Of a stretch of 27,457 nucleotides of DNA, positions 1-8,400 are shown in pieces. Below the pieces are notes generated by a model, which did no database searches, was not told the origin of the DNA, and saw nothing but the letters and a program-made list of their open reading frames with translations. The translations under genes were made by a program, and so were the position numbers. The first letter of the stretch is position 1. Each line of letters begins with the position of its first letter. Origin of the DNA: a virus (lineage: Duplodnaviria > Caudoviricetes); IMG/VR virus record IMGVR_UViG_3300049015_000057, positions 1-27,457 of that record. One strand, 5' to 3'.

Positions 1-424
1 GGTTGCACACCTGGCGCATCGGCGAAGCATCTTTCAGCAGTTCGATGATGCTTCGATCCAACTCTTCCGGAACCGCGTAGCCGCCGTCAGCCTCGGTACC
101 AATGTTCAGAGCCTTGGCCTGCAGTTCACCCAGGCCGGTGTCGATGCCTTTGCGGACGAATTGCAAGAATGCTGTTTTGTGTTCGCTGGCCGCCTTGGTG
201 CCTGTCCCATCCGGGCGCTTAAGCTCTGCCAGTTCTTTTTCCAGCGCTGATTTGAGATTGTCCAGTTCACCCAACTTCTCGTTGAGGGTGTCGACCTGGC
301 CGGACAACTTACCCTTCTCCGCTTCCAAGCCGTCAATTCGCTTGTCGTTTTTTTCCTTGAACTCGTCGAACTTCTTGCCCAGGGCATCGGCGACGTCTTC
401 GATATCTTTCTTTTCAACAGCCAT
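1..424 (-). CDS. HK97-family major capsid protein (5' part; runs off window)
   Basis: Not in ORF track. Read manually: ATG at 424 with SD AGGAG; MAVEKKDIEDVADALGKKFDEFK (coiled-coil delta domain) ... ALNIGTEADGGYAVPEELDRSIIELLKDASPMRQVC; follows the protease gene. Confidence 0.93.
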   Translation of the reverse strand, partial: MAVEKKDIEDVADALGKKFDEFKEKNDKRIDGLEAEKGKLSGQVDTLNEKLGELDNLKSALEKELAELKRPDGTGTKAASEHKTAFLQFVRKGIDTGLGELQAKALNIGTEADGGYAVPEELDRSIIELLKDASPMRQVCN

Positions 425-434
425 GAGAGGCTCC

Positions 435-1094
435 TTACATTCGGTCAATCAGGGATTTAAGGGATTGCAGTGCTTCGTCGGCACCCGCCTCTCGCGGTGA
501 AACTGCGCCGTAGCCTTTAGCCATGAAGGCCTTGGCCTGGGAGCCAGAAAACCCGACCTCTCGAAGGGCTCGCTCCACTTTGCTGGGCGGTGGTGTTTCA
601 CCGCGGGCCAGCAGAGATTTAACGTCGGTGATTCGGGCTTCGTCGTTGGCTGGAAAGGTGACCGGGGATACTTCCCACAAGTCGATTCCTTTCAATATCC
701 AGATGCCCTTTTCCTTGTCGTACTCGTAGCCGTCGTCTTCAAGCAAATAGCCGATGGATAAACCGGTCAGGCTGCCGGCCTGCATGTGTCCGTGAGCGCG
801 TTTAGCAAGCGGATCGGAATCGACCAGCAGCCGCCCTTTCACGTACAACCCAACATCGTCTTCCCGCATTTCGGTGTAGATGCCGATCGGCTCGCTCATC
901 TGGTGCTGCCACAACATGGCAGGCAGGCGGCCCTTTTCTTTCCACCGGGCCAGGCTGGCAGCAAAGGCACCTCGCACAACCACATCGCTGTAACTGTCCA
1001 CGACGCCGAACACGGACCCGTAGCCTTCGAACTCGCCGCTGTCGCTGACCGACTTAATGGTCAGCGGCACGTCAAGACGCTGTTTTGTCTGCAT
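435..1094 (-). CDS. HK97-family prohead maturation protease
   Basis: Motifs FEGYGSVF, MLWQH, GLSIGY, LWEVSPVTFPAN; lies between portal and capsid. Confidence 0.95.
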   Translation of the reverse strand: MQTKQRLDVPLTIKSVSDSGEFEGYGSVFGVVDSYSDVVVRGAFAASLARWKEKGRLPAMLWQHQMSEPIGIYTEMREDDVGLYVKGRLLVDSDPLAKRAHGHMQAGSLTGLSIGYLLEDDGYEYDKEKGIWILKGIDLWEVSPVTFPANDEARITDVKSLLARGETPPPSKVERALREVGFSGSQAKAFMAKGYGAVSPREAGADEALQSLKSLIDRM

Positions 1095-2298
1095 CGCCGG
1101 CAGCCTCTGGTTTGGTAGTCATGTTCATCGGAGTGAGGTAGATATCGCCGCCTTCGCGCGGGTTTTCGTCTTCGAGCTCGCGACAGTCGTTGGGGCTCAA
1201 GATGCCCCACTGGATGCCCTTGCCGTAGGATTCATAACGCCCCTTCAAGTCACCGCGCATGAGAGCGCCCGCGTTGAACTTGGCGTAATGGGTCAACCGG
1301 TCTGTTTCGTTGAGCAGGCCCACCTGAATGCGGTGCTCGATCCGGGTCATGATTGGAACCAGCGAGTAGTTCACGAAGCTCATGCCCATGTGCTCAATGT
1401 TGTTCAGCGTCATTTTTTCCATGCTAGCCACCATGTGCGGTGGCACGCGGAACAGACCGCAGATCTGAGCCTCGGTCATTTTCTTGGACTCGATGAACTG
1501 AGTGTCCTGGGCGTTCAAGCTGATGGGCTTCCACTCCAGCCCCATCTCCAGAATCATCGGCTTATAGGCATTGGCAACGCCCATGTGCTCGCCCTGAAAT
1601 TCAGTCTTGAGCCTGGTGAACGCGGCGTCGGACAACTCCTGCCCGGTCTGCAACACGCCGCTGGTGACCGCGCCGTTGGTAAACAACTTGGCCGCATGCG
1701 TGTCCATGGCCTGGCCCAGGCCGAGGGCTTGGCGGGCGTAGGCGATAGGGTTCAAGCCGTTCAATCCGTCGAGCGTGAACAGCCGTACGTGCCAAATCTC
1801 GTCCTGCGTTAGGACACGAGTTCCGCTTTTGAAATTGACGGTGTACTCAACAGTCCAGTCGTCCTTCAGCTTCGGGGTGACCTGATCGGGATTGATGGGC
1901 AGCAACTCGACCACGTTGCCCAGTGCAACGACCTTGTAAGCAAAGAAGTTTCCCCGCAAACACAAGCACGCCACCAACAGCTCCCAGAACTCCTGGGCCG
2001 TCATGTAACCGTTCGGGGCCATGGTTAGCAGTGGATACAGCCGGTGCGTGGTGGCCGGAAGCCTCACCCGACCTGTCTGTTTTAGAAGGCGGCACGGAAG
2101 CATGCCTATGGACTCGGCCAACACCCGAACGCAGTTGAAGACCACCAATTGCTGCAGCGCGCTTGTGGTTGTGACCCTCTGCCCAGCATTGGTCTCGTAC
2201 CCGGCGCCCAGCGCCTGCGCCAGCTTCTCAGGCGTATCGATTATCTGGGGGTCGCCCTTGATGCCGAAGAACCGGCCGATTGTCTTGAATAGCGACAT
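1072..2298 (-). CDS. HK97-family portal protein
   Basis: 408 aa; VFNCVRVLAESIGMLP, LRGNFF, ICGLFRVPPHM, LSPNDCRELED motifs; follows TerL. Confidence 0.95.
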   Translation of the reverse strand: MSLFKTIGRFFGIKGDPQIIDTPEKLAQALGAGYETNAGQRVTTTSALQQLVVFNCVRVLAESIGMLPCRLLKQTGRVRLPATTHRLYPLLTMAPNGYMTAQEFWELLVACLCLRGNFFAYKVVALGNVVELLPINPDQVTPKLKDDWTVEYTVNFKSGTRVLTQDEIWHVRLFTLDGLNGLNPIAYARQALGLGQAMDTHAAKLFTNGAVTSGVLQTGQELSDAAFTRLKTEFQGEHMGVANAYKPMILEMGLEWKPISLNAQDTQFIESKKMTEAQICGLFRVPPHMVASMEKMTLNNIEHMGMSFVNYSLVPIMTRIEHRIQVGLLNETDRLTHYAKFNAGALMRGDLKGRYESYGKGIQWGILSPNDCRELEDENPREGGDIYLTPMNMTTKPEAAGDADKTAS

Positions 2299-4025
2299 TA
2301 GAGCTTCCTGATTCCGTGTTTCGTGATATGGCCGGAGAGCGTTTCCTCTGGATGCGCATTCGCCAGGACGCGACCAATCGCCATAATCAAGGCGACGGCG
2401 CCGTCGATTTTGTTGTCTTCGCCTTGCTTGATGGGCCTAACCACGTCGTCGTTGCCCGGCAGGAACTTGCCGATGACGTTGGCGATACACCAGGTCATGA
2501 TGGGATTCCCGTCGTGGTGGAACCGACCGGCGGTAATCGCCGCCTCCAGTTCCTTCATCGGGTCGCTCATGTTGGTGTAGTTCTGGGTGATGGTGACGGG
2601 GTTGAGCCCTTCGTCATCAAGGTCGTGGGAAAGCCCCGTGGCCCCGTGGGGATCGATTGGGCATTCCCGGACGGGCGCGAGATGATTCGCTTCTTTGGCC
2701 TCGGCAAGAATCTCGCGGTAATCCACCTCGGCGCCGTCGGTCGTGAGCAGGTGCCCGGTGTTGATCCAGGCTTGGAACCGCTCGGCCATTCGCCTGTTGT
2801 CGGTGTCGTTGGCAGTATCCTCGGGTACCCAGAACTTCGGAGCGATCGAGTAGTAATGCGTCTTGCCGTCGATGACGCGCCAGAACAGGCGAGCCATTGA
2901 GTTCATATCGAGCTTGCGCGCCAGGTCGAACCCCAGCATGCATTCCTGACCTTCGAACATCTCCAGAGTCAGCGTCTTGTCTTCACAGGACCGCCAGGTT
3001 TCGACGTTGAAGAATCCCGCTTTTGCACTTACCCACAGGTTGAGGTGCTTGGTTTTGAACGTGTTGGTGAATCTGGCGGAGCGGATTGCGCGGGCCAGCT
3101 GGCTTTCCAGGTACTCCTGGAACACCGAGACGCCCATGCATGGGTTGGCCTTGGCAAGATTCTTCGGATCGGTCCAATCGTCGCCTTCATCCAGGGTCCA
3201 GATGTAGCCGAACAACTCAGGGTCCGGCACCGTGCCGTTGAGCATTTCCAGGACTTGGCGGCGCTTGTCGTAGCACGGGCCTTCGATGTTCGCGCCAGCT
3301 GTGGTGATGATGAACATCAGCGGCTGCCGACGGGCACCCATCCCGGTCAACATAGTGTCGTATTGGGCGGCGCTGTCGTGTTCGTGAAACTCGTCGATGA
3401 TCGCGCAGGAGGGCGACGCACCATCGCCCGGGTTGCCGATCAACGGCTCGAAGCGACTGCAATCCGACGGGATGTTCATGTTCGAGGCGTTGACCTCGAT
3501 ACCGGCCGCCTCGATCAACATCGGCGAGCGCATGACCATCAAGCGCGCCGGCCGGAACACCTCCCAGGCTTGCTTCTCGGTGGTCGCACCGGAATAGACT
3601 TCGGCGCCGAACTCGTTGTCGGCAACGAACATGCCGATGCCCACGCCGGCGGCGATGACACTCTTTCCGTTCTTACGAGGGACTTCCCAGTAGCTTTCCC
3701 GGAACCGGCGATAGCCACCCTTCTTCTTTACCCATCCGAACGTGCACGCAAGGCCGAACAACTGCCACGGTTCCAGCGTGATGAGCTGCCGCTTGAACGC
3801 CCATTCGCCTTTGGTGTGCGGCAAAAGCTGCATCAGCTTGAGCTTTTTTTCGGCTTTCTTCGGGTCGAACTTGTACGGAAACGACTTGAGCCGGCTCGCG
3901 GCGACGTCGTCGAAGTGACGCTGAATGGACTGATGAATGTATCGGCAGGCTGGAAACTTGCCTTTCAAAACGGTTCTTGCCCACGCCATCGCCTTGTCGA
4001 CGTTGGGGTGGGCGGTCTTGGCCAT
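2298..4025 (-). CDS. terL: Terminase large subunit
   Basis: LEPWQ, Walker A VPRKNGKS, Walker B AIIDEFH, nuclease GFDLA and KIDGAVA motifs. Confidence 0.96.
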   Translation of the reverse strand: MAKTAHPNVDKAMAWARTVLKGKFPACRYIHQSIQRHFDDVAASRLKSFPYKFDPKKAEKKLKLMQLLPHTKGEWAFKRQLITLEPWQLFGLACTFGWVKKKGGYRRFRESYWEVPRKNGKSVIAAGVGIGMFVADNEFGAEVYSGATTEKQAWEVFRPARLMVMRSPMLIEAAGIEVNASNMNIPSDCSRFEPLIGNPGDGASPSCAIIDEFHEHDSAAQYDTMLTGMGARRQPLMFIITTAGANIEGPCYDKRRQVLEMLNGTVPDPELFGYIWTLDEGDDWTDPKNLAKANPCMGVSVFQEYLESQLARAIRSARFTNTFKTKHLNLWVSAKAGFFNVETWRSCEDKTLTLEMFEGQECMLGFDLARKLDMNSMARLFWRVIDGKTHYYSIAPKFWVPEDTANDTDNRRMAERFQAWINTGHLLTTDGAEVDYREILAEAKEANHLAPVRECPIDPHGATGLSHDLDDEGLNPVTITQNYTNMSDPMKELEAAITAGRFHHDGNPIMTWCIANVIGKFLPGNDDVVRPIKQGEDNKIDGAVALIMAIGRVLANAHPEETLSGHITKHGIRKL

Positions 4026-4510
4026 CAGCTACTCAATAATTTAGCGAACTCGTTGGTTGAGGTTTGCTTGTTTCCGCCAATGATTCGGGTGCGGCTGGAG
4101 GGATCCAGGCCAAGCAACGACCCAAACGTCACCAGTTGGCGCATCGATTCGTTCGCCGCAGTGAGCGCGGGGTTCTTCATCGGGCTGCCCTGGGCAGACT
4201 CGACGACGATTCCGAACTGCTGGACGGCCTCTTCAGCCATCCGCCACTTGTCATAGGCGGTGCAAAACGCCTCGACGTTGTGTAGATCGGTGAGCGCGAC
4301 GACGTGCTCACGGAGCAATTCCGGGATCAACATCCGCCACATCGTGGCAGCGCGATCGCTAAGCCATTCCGGCGGGTCGATATCCGTCACCGTGGAAAAC
4401 TGCGGCTCTGCTGTGTTCAGCGCACGCTTGCCGGGATTTCCGGCGAGTGCTTTTTTGGCCGTTGGCTTGGGTTTGCGACCACGGCCGGCGACCGTGGCGG
4501 TGCCCCCCAT
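4025..4510 (-). CDS. terS: Terminase small subunit, P27 family
   Basis: [16 protein letters not shown]-terminus, [12 protein letters not shown]; abuts terL. Confidence 0.93.
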   Translation of the reverse strand: MGGTATVAGRGRKPKPTAKKALAGNPGKRALNTAEPQFSTVTDIDPPEWLSDRAATMWRMLIPELLREHVVALTDLHNVEAFCTAYDKWRMAEEAVQQFGIVVESAQGSPMKNPALTAANESMRQLVTFGSLLGLDPSSRTRIIGGNKQTSTNEFAKLLSS

Positions 4511-4519
4511 CGCGCAACT

Positions 4520-4615
4520 CCTGATTTTTTAATTTCGCGGGCGTGAAAGAAAGGCTGGGCGGACGGTCTAGAAGGCAAAAGCCCTGGACTTTTGACCCTC
4601 CCCCTCCCCATGGAT
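4520..4615 (-). other. Probable cos (packaging) region
   Basis: Non-coding gap between HNH and terS, where HK97-like cos sites lie; minus strand has a G-run (GGGGAGGGGGAGGG) then CTAGACCGTCCGCCCAGCC. Exact cut site not determinable. Confidence 0.55.
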
Positions 4616-4659
4616 GTGAATTCGTCTCATTTGAGCCTGATTTCGGGCATTCCCCACGG

Positions 4660-5043
4660 TCAGCGCCTCGGGTTGCCCCAACCGCCGTCTTCACGAGCCG
4701 TCTTTCGGCTGTGGCAGCTATGGCACAGCGACTGCCAGTTGTTTCGGTTCCAGAAGATCGTCGCGTCACCCTTGTGGGGCACGATGTGGTCCACCTCTGT
4801 GGCAGCAACCACCTCGCCCTGTCGCTCATGCTCAGCACACAGCGGATGGCGAGCGAGGTAGCCCTTGCTCGCCTTCTGCCACTTGTACGTGTAGAGGCGC
4901 TGTGTGCTGCTCTCACGCTTCTTGGCAGCCTGGCGCTCTGCCTGTGCCGTGGCCAAACCGATGTGCTGATCGCAATACCTGGGGTTGCGTGTGAGCGCAC
5001 GACACCCTAAGGCCACACATGGTTTTTGTGGTCTAAGGGGCAT
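4660..5043 (-). CDS. HNH endonuclease (terminase-associated, gp74-like)
   Basis: MPLRPQKPC start; EVDHIVPHKGD...NWQSLCHSCHSRKT HNH motif; directly upstream of terS. Confidence 0.92.
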   Translation of the reverse strand: MPLRPQKPCVALGCRALTRNPRYCDQHIGLATAQAERQAAKKRESSTQRLYTYKWQKASKGYLARHPLCAEHERQGEVVAATEVDHIVPHKGDATIFWNRNNWQSLCHSCHSRKTAREDGGWGNPRR

Positions 5044-5218
5044 GCTTTGCATCCTGATTAATTTATTTGGGTGACTCGGTGGACAGTCTCAACCGTCATG
5101 TCGCTGACCATCCCCTTGATCTGGTGGTACTCACTCTTTCCACTGCTCATGATCAATGCCCTTACGTACTGGATTCCGGAGTATGTTCAGGGCTGACTCA
5201 TCAACGTAGGCAACGGCT

Positions 5219-5407
5219 ATGGCCGATCACATCGACGAACAATCAGTAGTGCGCGCTGCCCGGGAATGGGCCGCCAGGTACGGCAAAGGCGTGGAAATGG
5301 TCGTGGTAAGTGCCTATGAAACGATGGCGGCACTGAAGACCGAGCTTGCTCCGGACAAGTACGACACCGCGCTGAGAGATCTCTATCACCGGTACAACGA
5401 CCAGTAG
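5219..5407 (+). CDS. Small hypothetical protein (62 aa), antisense to the late operon
   Basis: ATG-started ORF filling the gap between minus-strand genes without overlap; protein-like helical composition. Confidence 0.6.
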   Translation: MADHIDEQSVVRAAREWAARYGKGVEMVVVSAYETMAALKTELAPDKYDTALRDLYHRYNDQ

Positions 5408-5456
5408 AGGAATAGATCGCGACACAATTTGCTTATTCGCGAAACGTGTCGCGCTT

Positions 5457-5795
5457 TTACGGGCCCTGCCGTTCCAGTGCCTCATTGACCTTGTCGGCGG
5501 CCTTGCCAGCGGTCTCGGCGGCTTCTGTCGCCTTGCCCGCAGCGCCTTCCACCTTAACGGCGGCCTCGGTCGCGCTCTTGGCCAACTTGTTCAAACGCAT
5601 GTCGCGCTGTTTGGTGGCCTCGTCATATCCGCGGCGCACTTCGGCGACCTGGGCGGTGTACCAACTGGCCATTGACCACTGAGCTACCTGGAAGCCCAAG
5701 ACGGATCCGCCGGCTACCAGCAGGATCGCGATGATCCAGATCTCGGCGCGGCGCCACCATCGGCGGGCTATGAATTCCATAGCGCATCTGTCCAT
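5457..5795 (-). CDS. Phage membrane protein (one TM + Ala-rich coiled tail), possibly lysis-related
   Basis: TM segment IWIIAILLVAGGSVLGF; start overlaps stop of upstream gene. Confidence 0.75.
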   Translation of the reverse strand: MDRCAMEFIARRWWRRAEIWIIAILLVAGGSVLGFQVAQWSMASWYTAQVAEVRRGYDEATKQRDMRLNKLAKSATEAAVKVEGAAGKATEAAETAGKAADKVNEALERQGP

Positions 5796-6166
5796 CAGTT
5801 GACACCTCCAAGCTGGGCCCGCAAACGCGCAATCTCAGCGCTCTGCGTGGTCACCTTGTCAGTGAGCTGGGCGATCTGACTGGTGAGGGCCTCGACCTTC
5901 CCTTCCATCCTGCCAACCGCGGCGGCAAGCTCGTTGCGCTCTTTGGCGAACTGATCTGCTCGGGCCTCAGCAGCGTTTGCCCGGGCGCGCTCAGTGTCGA
6001 GCAGTTCGTTCAACCGGCGAACAGTGCCAATGTCGGCGTTATCCATCGCCCTGTCAGTTGCGTCCTTGGACAGGAATTTTCTCAACCAGAGAAAGCCGCC
6101 CAGCAAAACGGTTCCAGTCCCGCCCAGCCAGGTAGCCGTGCCTGGGCCGAGGTCGGTAGGATCCAT
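5795..6166 (-). CDS. Phage membrane protein (N-terminal TM + coiled coil), holin-like candidate
   Basis: ATG at 6166 with SD GGAG; TM WLGGTGTVLLGGFLWL, then heptad-like helix; position of first late gene. Confidence 0.75.
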   Translation of the reverse strand: MDPTDLGPGTATWLGGTGTVLLGGFLWLRKFLSKDATDRAMDNADIGTVRRLNELLDTERARANAAEARADQFAKERNELAAAVGRMEGKVEALTSQIAQLTDKVTTQSAEIARLRAQLGGVN

Positions 6167-6219
6167 CACAGCTCCGAAATAAAAAGAGGCCTGCACGGCC
6201 TGGGCAAAGCCCGAAAACG

Positions 6220-6250
6220 AATAAGCCCCGGCAGGTGCCGGGGCTTATTT
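6220..6250. terminator. Intrinsic terminator, possibly bidirectional
   Basis: 14-bp perfect inverted repeat AATAAGCCCCGGCA-GG-TGCCGGGGCTTATT just after the GvpU-like gene. Confidence 0.85.
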
Positions 6251-6275
6251 ACTAAACGTTGAACGATCGATCAGA

Positions 6276-6644
6276 TCAATTTGGATTTGGCGCCCCTAGG
6301 GAGAATCCGCTAACGGAGTCGAGACTACCTCTCCAGAGCACTCCCTCACCATTCGTTGGAATAAGGGTCGCACCACTGATGTATCTGGCGTCCTTCAAAT
6401 GAATGAACTCATCGTGAATTTTTTCCGCACCTGGTTGCCCCCAAGCCGCGAAGCCTGCTCGAACATTTTCGTTCGGGCCTCCTGGAAATGCTTCAGAGAA
6501 AGAGTTGGCAAACGCTTCGATGTAAGAATTAGCGGAAACCAACGTTCCGGTAATCACACCACCTGCGACAACAAGCGTTATCCCGAACGTGACCTTGTGA
6601 CCATTTACGATTGCGTTGAGGCTTTTCAAGAAAGGGTCTTGCAT
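6276..6644 (-). CDS. GvpU-like protein (gas vesicle accessory protein family homologue), moron
   Basis: Motifs ITLVVAGGVITGTLVS..Y, FIHLKDAR, LWRGSLDSVSGFSLG match my recollection of Bacillus GvpU; SD AAGGA. Confidence 0.72.
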   Translation of the reverse strand: MQDPFLKSLNAIVNGHKVTFGITLVVAGGVITGTLVSANSYIEAFANSFSEAFPGGPNENVRAGFAAWGQPGAEKIHDEFIHLKDARYISGATLIPTNGEGVLWRGSLDSVSGFSLGAPNPN

Positions 6645-6730
6645 GGCTTACATCCTTTTAGGCGACATTATTTGCCACCACTTTGCCAGCACACCCTCCT
6701 TCAATCAATCCCTACAAATTAATACGTCGA

Positions 6731-6762
6731 AAACTAAAAAGCCCATCTCGTAGATGGGCTTT
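6731..6762 (-). terminator. Intrinsic terminator
   Basis: AAAGCCCATCT-N3-AGATGGGCTTT stem followed by T-run on minus strand, downstream of the OB-fold gene. Confidence 0.85.
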
Positions 6763-6854
6763 GCTCGCGTAAAAACCGCAATGCAACGTGAAAGCTAAAA
6801 ATCTAAACCGATTCCCACAAGCTTTCTCCGCGCCTCAAATTGCATCATCGCTGC

Positions 6855-7436
6855 TTACTTCACGAGTTCGCAATCTTCAAACATAGGAGTTTTTACGACA
6901 TCACCTTTACCAGTGCAAATGACCTTGACGGTGGCGCCCTTCTTCAACGTTGCCATAACGGCCAAGTCAGATTTTTCAAACTTAAACTGCGGGCCCATGA
7001 ACTGGTTCGTGCCGGCCAGTACCAGGTAAGGCTTTCCGAGGAAGTCCGTATTGATGTCGGTAATCCGGCCGGTCACCTGAACGCGTTTATCCTTGAACTG
7101 GACGTCTGCTGCAACGGTGTTGTCCTCGTAACTCGACGCTACTTGTGCGGCGGTGTAGGCCTTAAGAGGCTCGGCAGGAGCAGTTGCAGCAACAGGGGCT
7201 GGTAACGACGCTGATGGCTTGGAGATCTGAGCACTGCCGTTGTTGCTTGACGCCGAGGACGGTGCCCCAGCAGCAACGAGAATGGACAGTACAAGCCAGC
7301 CGAACCCGATGATTCGGGCGAGAAGCGAATGCCCGTTCCGCAGCAGAAACCATACGAAGACAAAGGGCAGGAACAAAATTCCAAGCCCGAGAAGAAAACC
7401 AACATTGCGTTTAGTTTGCGCGGTCACTGCAGTCAT
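6855..7436 (-). CDS. Membrane-anchored OB-fold protein (tRNA_anti-like family), moron
   Basis: ATG 7436 with SD GGAG; two N-terminal TM helices, Ser/Ala/Pro linker, C-terminal YEDNTVAADVQFKDKRVQVTGRITDI...LKKGATVKVICTG...DC pattern. Confidence 0.78.
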   Translation of the reverse strand: MTAVTAQTKRNVGFLLGLGILFLPFVFVWFLLRNGHSLLARIIGFGWLVLSILVAAGAPSSASSNNGSAQISKPSASLPAPVAATAPAEPLKAYTAAQVASSYEDNTVAADVQFKDKRVQVTGRITDINTDFLGKPYLVLAGTNQFMGPQFKFEKSDLAVMATLKKGATVKVICTGKGDVVKTPMFEDCELVK

Positions 7437-7626
7437 ATCGCTCTCCGTGGCGATCAGTAGGGGGAGCATTTTGTACGCAGCGACATCAAAATGCTACCAG
7501 CGCATAAAAGAAGCCTCTAAAGCATTGAGAATGCAAACCTGGCAATTGCCCAGCGTTCTTGACTAGCTTCCACCGGTCTCGAATAAACAAGAAGGCTTTT
7601 CGCTCTTCCGCTTTGTATCTTGTCCA

Positions 7627-7657
7627 TAAAAAAGCCCGACTCAATGGCCGGGCTTTC
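7627..7657 (-). terminator. Intrinsic terminator, tR'-like
   Basis: Minus strand AAAGCCCGGCCATTGAGTCGGGCTTTTTT, just downstream of the putative late promoter. Confidence 0.8.
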
Positions 7658-7694
7658 TCTGTGGTGTCGCGCTTGAAAAGCTGAACACGGTCCT

Positions 7695-7723
7695 ATGAAA
7701 ACAGAGCTATTCCATATGGACAA
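7695..7723 (-). promoter_or_regulatory. Putative late promoter pR'
   Basis: TTGTCC-N17-TTTCAT immediately after the Q stop and before the terminator; palindrome TCCATATGGA (7711-7720) overlaps it. Confidence 0.55.
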
Positions 7724-7732
7724 CTCTTTTTT

Positions 7733-8116
7733 TCAAGCTGCCTCCCTGACCCGCTCCAAGACGCAATCCACCCAGGCAACGCCGGCCTTGATCAGCTCCC
7801 GGGCCTTGCCTTCGCTCATGCCGTATTGGCGTCCGACGCGCACTGCGGCCCACTTCGCGCCGTAGTACAGCCAGAGCATGTCGCCCATCTGCTGGTCTCG
7901 CTTGCAGAGCCTGGCCACCGCACCATCGACCACGCCCGCCAGTTCGTCCGTGATGACATAGGACTTGGAGGTGGCCGGCATCACTTCCCGCATGATCGCC
8001 ATCATCGGCGAGGCGTAGCTGGGAATCCCCATCCCATCCATGCGCCACCAGCCCCACTGTTCCAGCATGTATTCGGTATCGCCCAGGGGGCGCTGCAACG
8101 GCTTGCGAATCATCAT
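7733..8116 (-). CDS. Antitermination protein Q family
   Basis: MLEQWGWW N-terminus, VDGAVARL, C-terminal HTH-like segment ending IKAGVAWVDC; last gene of early-right operon. Confidence 0.85.
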   Translation of the reverse strand: MMIRKPLQRPLGDTEYMLEQWGWWRMDGMGIPSYASPMMAIMREVMPATSKSYVITDELAGVVDGAVARLCKRDQQMGDMLWLYYGAKWAAVRVGRQYGMSEGKARELIKAGVAWVDCVLERVREAA

Positions 8117-8400
8117 GCTGCTTTCCTCGGGTCAGGGTCACTCAGGCCAAATAGGTCTCGAAGCAACCGGTCAGCGACGGTCTTCTTCGCATTGCCCTCA
8201 AGAAGCCAGCGCTGGCCGTAATCATGGAAACCGATCTGCAGCCGACTCGAGTGCCAACTGGCGACCATATCCAACAGAGCCGCCAGCGCGGCTGGGCCAC
8301 CCATTTTGACCTTCGCCAACTCCTCGCCGGCGATTTTCAGGAACTGACACTCGACGTCGCTCATGGCTTTGCGCGGCAGTACCGCTTTGACGTTACTCAT
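8113..8400 (-). CDS. Phage hypothetical protein (95 aa)
   Basis: Overlaps both dnaB and Q, suggesting translational coupling. Confidence 0.75.
   Translation of the reverse strand: MSNVKAVLPRKAMSDVECQFLKIAGEELAKVKMGGPAALAALLDMVASWHSSRLQIGFHDYGQRWLLEGNAKKTVADRLLRDLFGLSDPDPRKAA

Noticed and set aside
102-500. ORF-track calls 102-500 (+) and 106-417 (-)
   Set aside because: The real gene is the capsid frame starting at 424, which is open to the window edge
3045-4256. 403-aa plus-strand ORF (also 1057-1812, 2316-2900 and 24386-25249)
   Set aside because: Antisense shadows of well-supported GC-rich genes, with no recognisable motifs
4660-5043. HNH as homing endonuclease or defence nuclease
   Set aside because: Position next to cos/terS and its size fit the ordinary terminase-associated HNH of HK97-like phages
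6195-6220. c-di-GMP riboswitch-like GGGCAAAGCCC motif
   Set aside because: Only a short hairpin; the remaining aptamer elements are not evident
6276-6644. Gas vesicle biosynthesis cluster
   Set aside because: No gvpA or other gvp genes; single gene in a phage context
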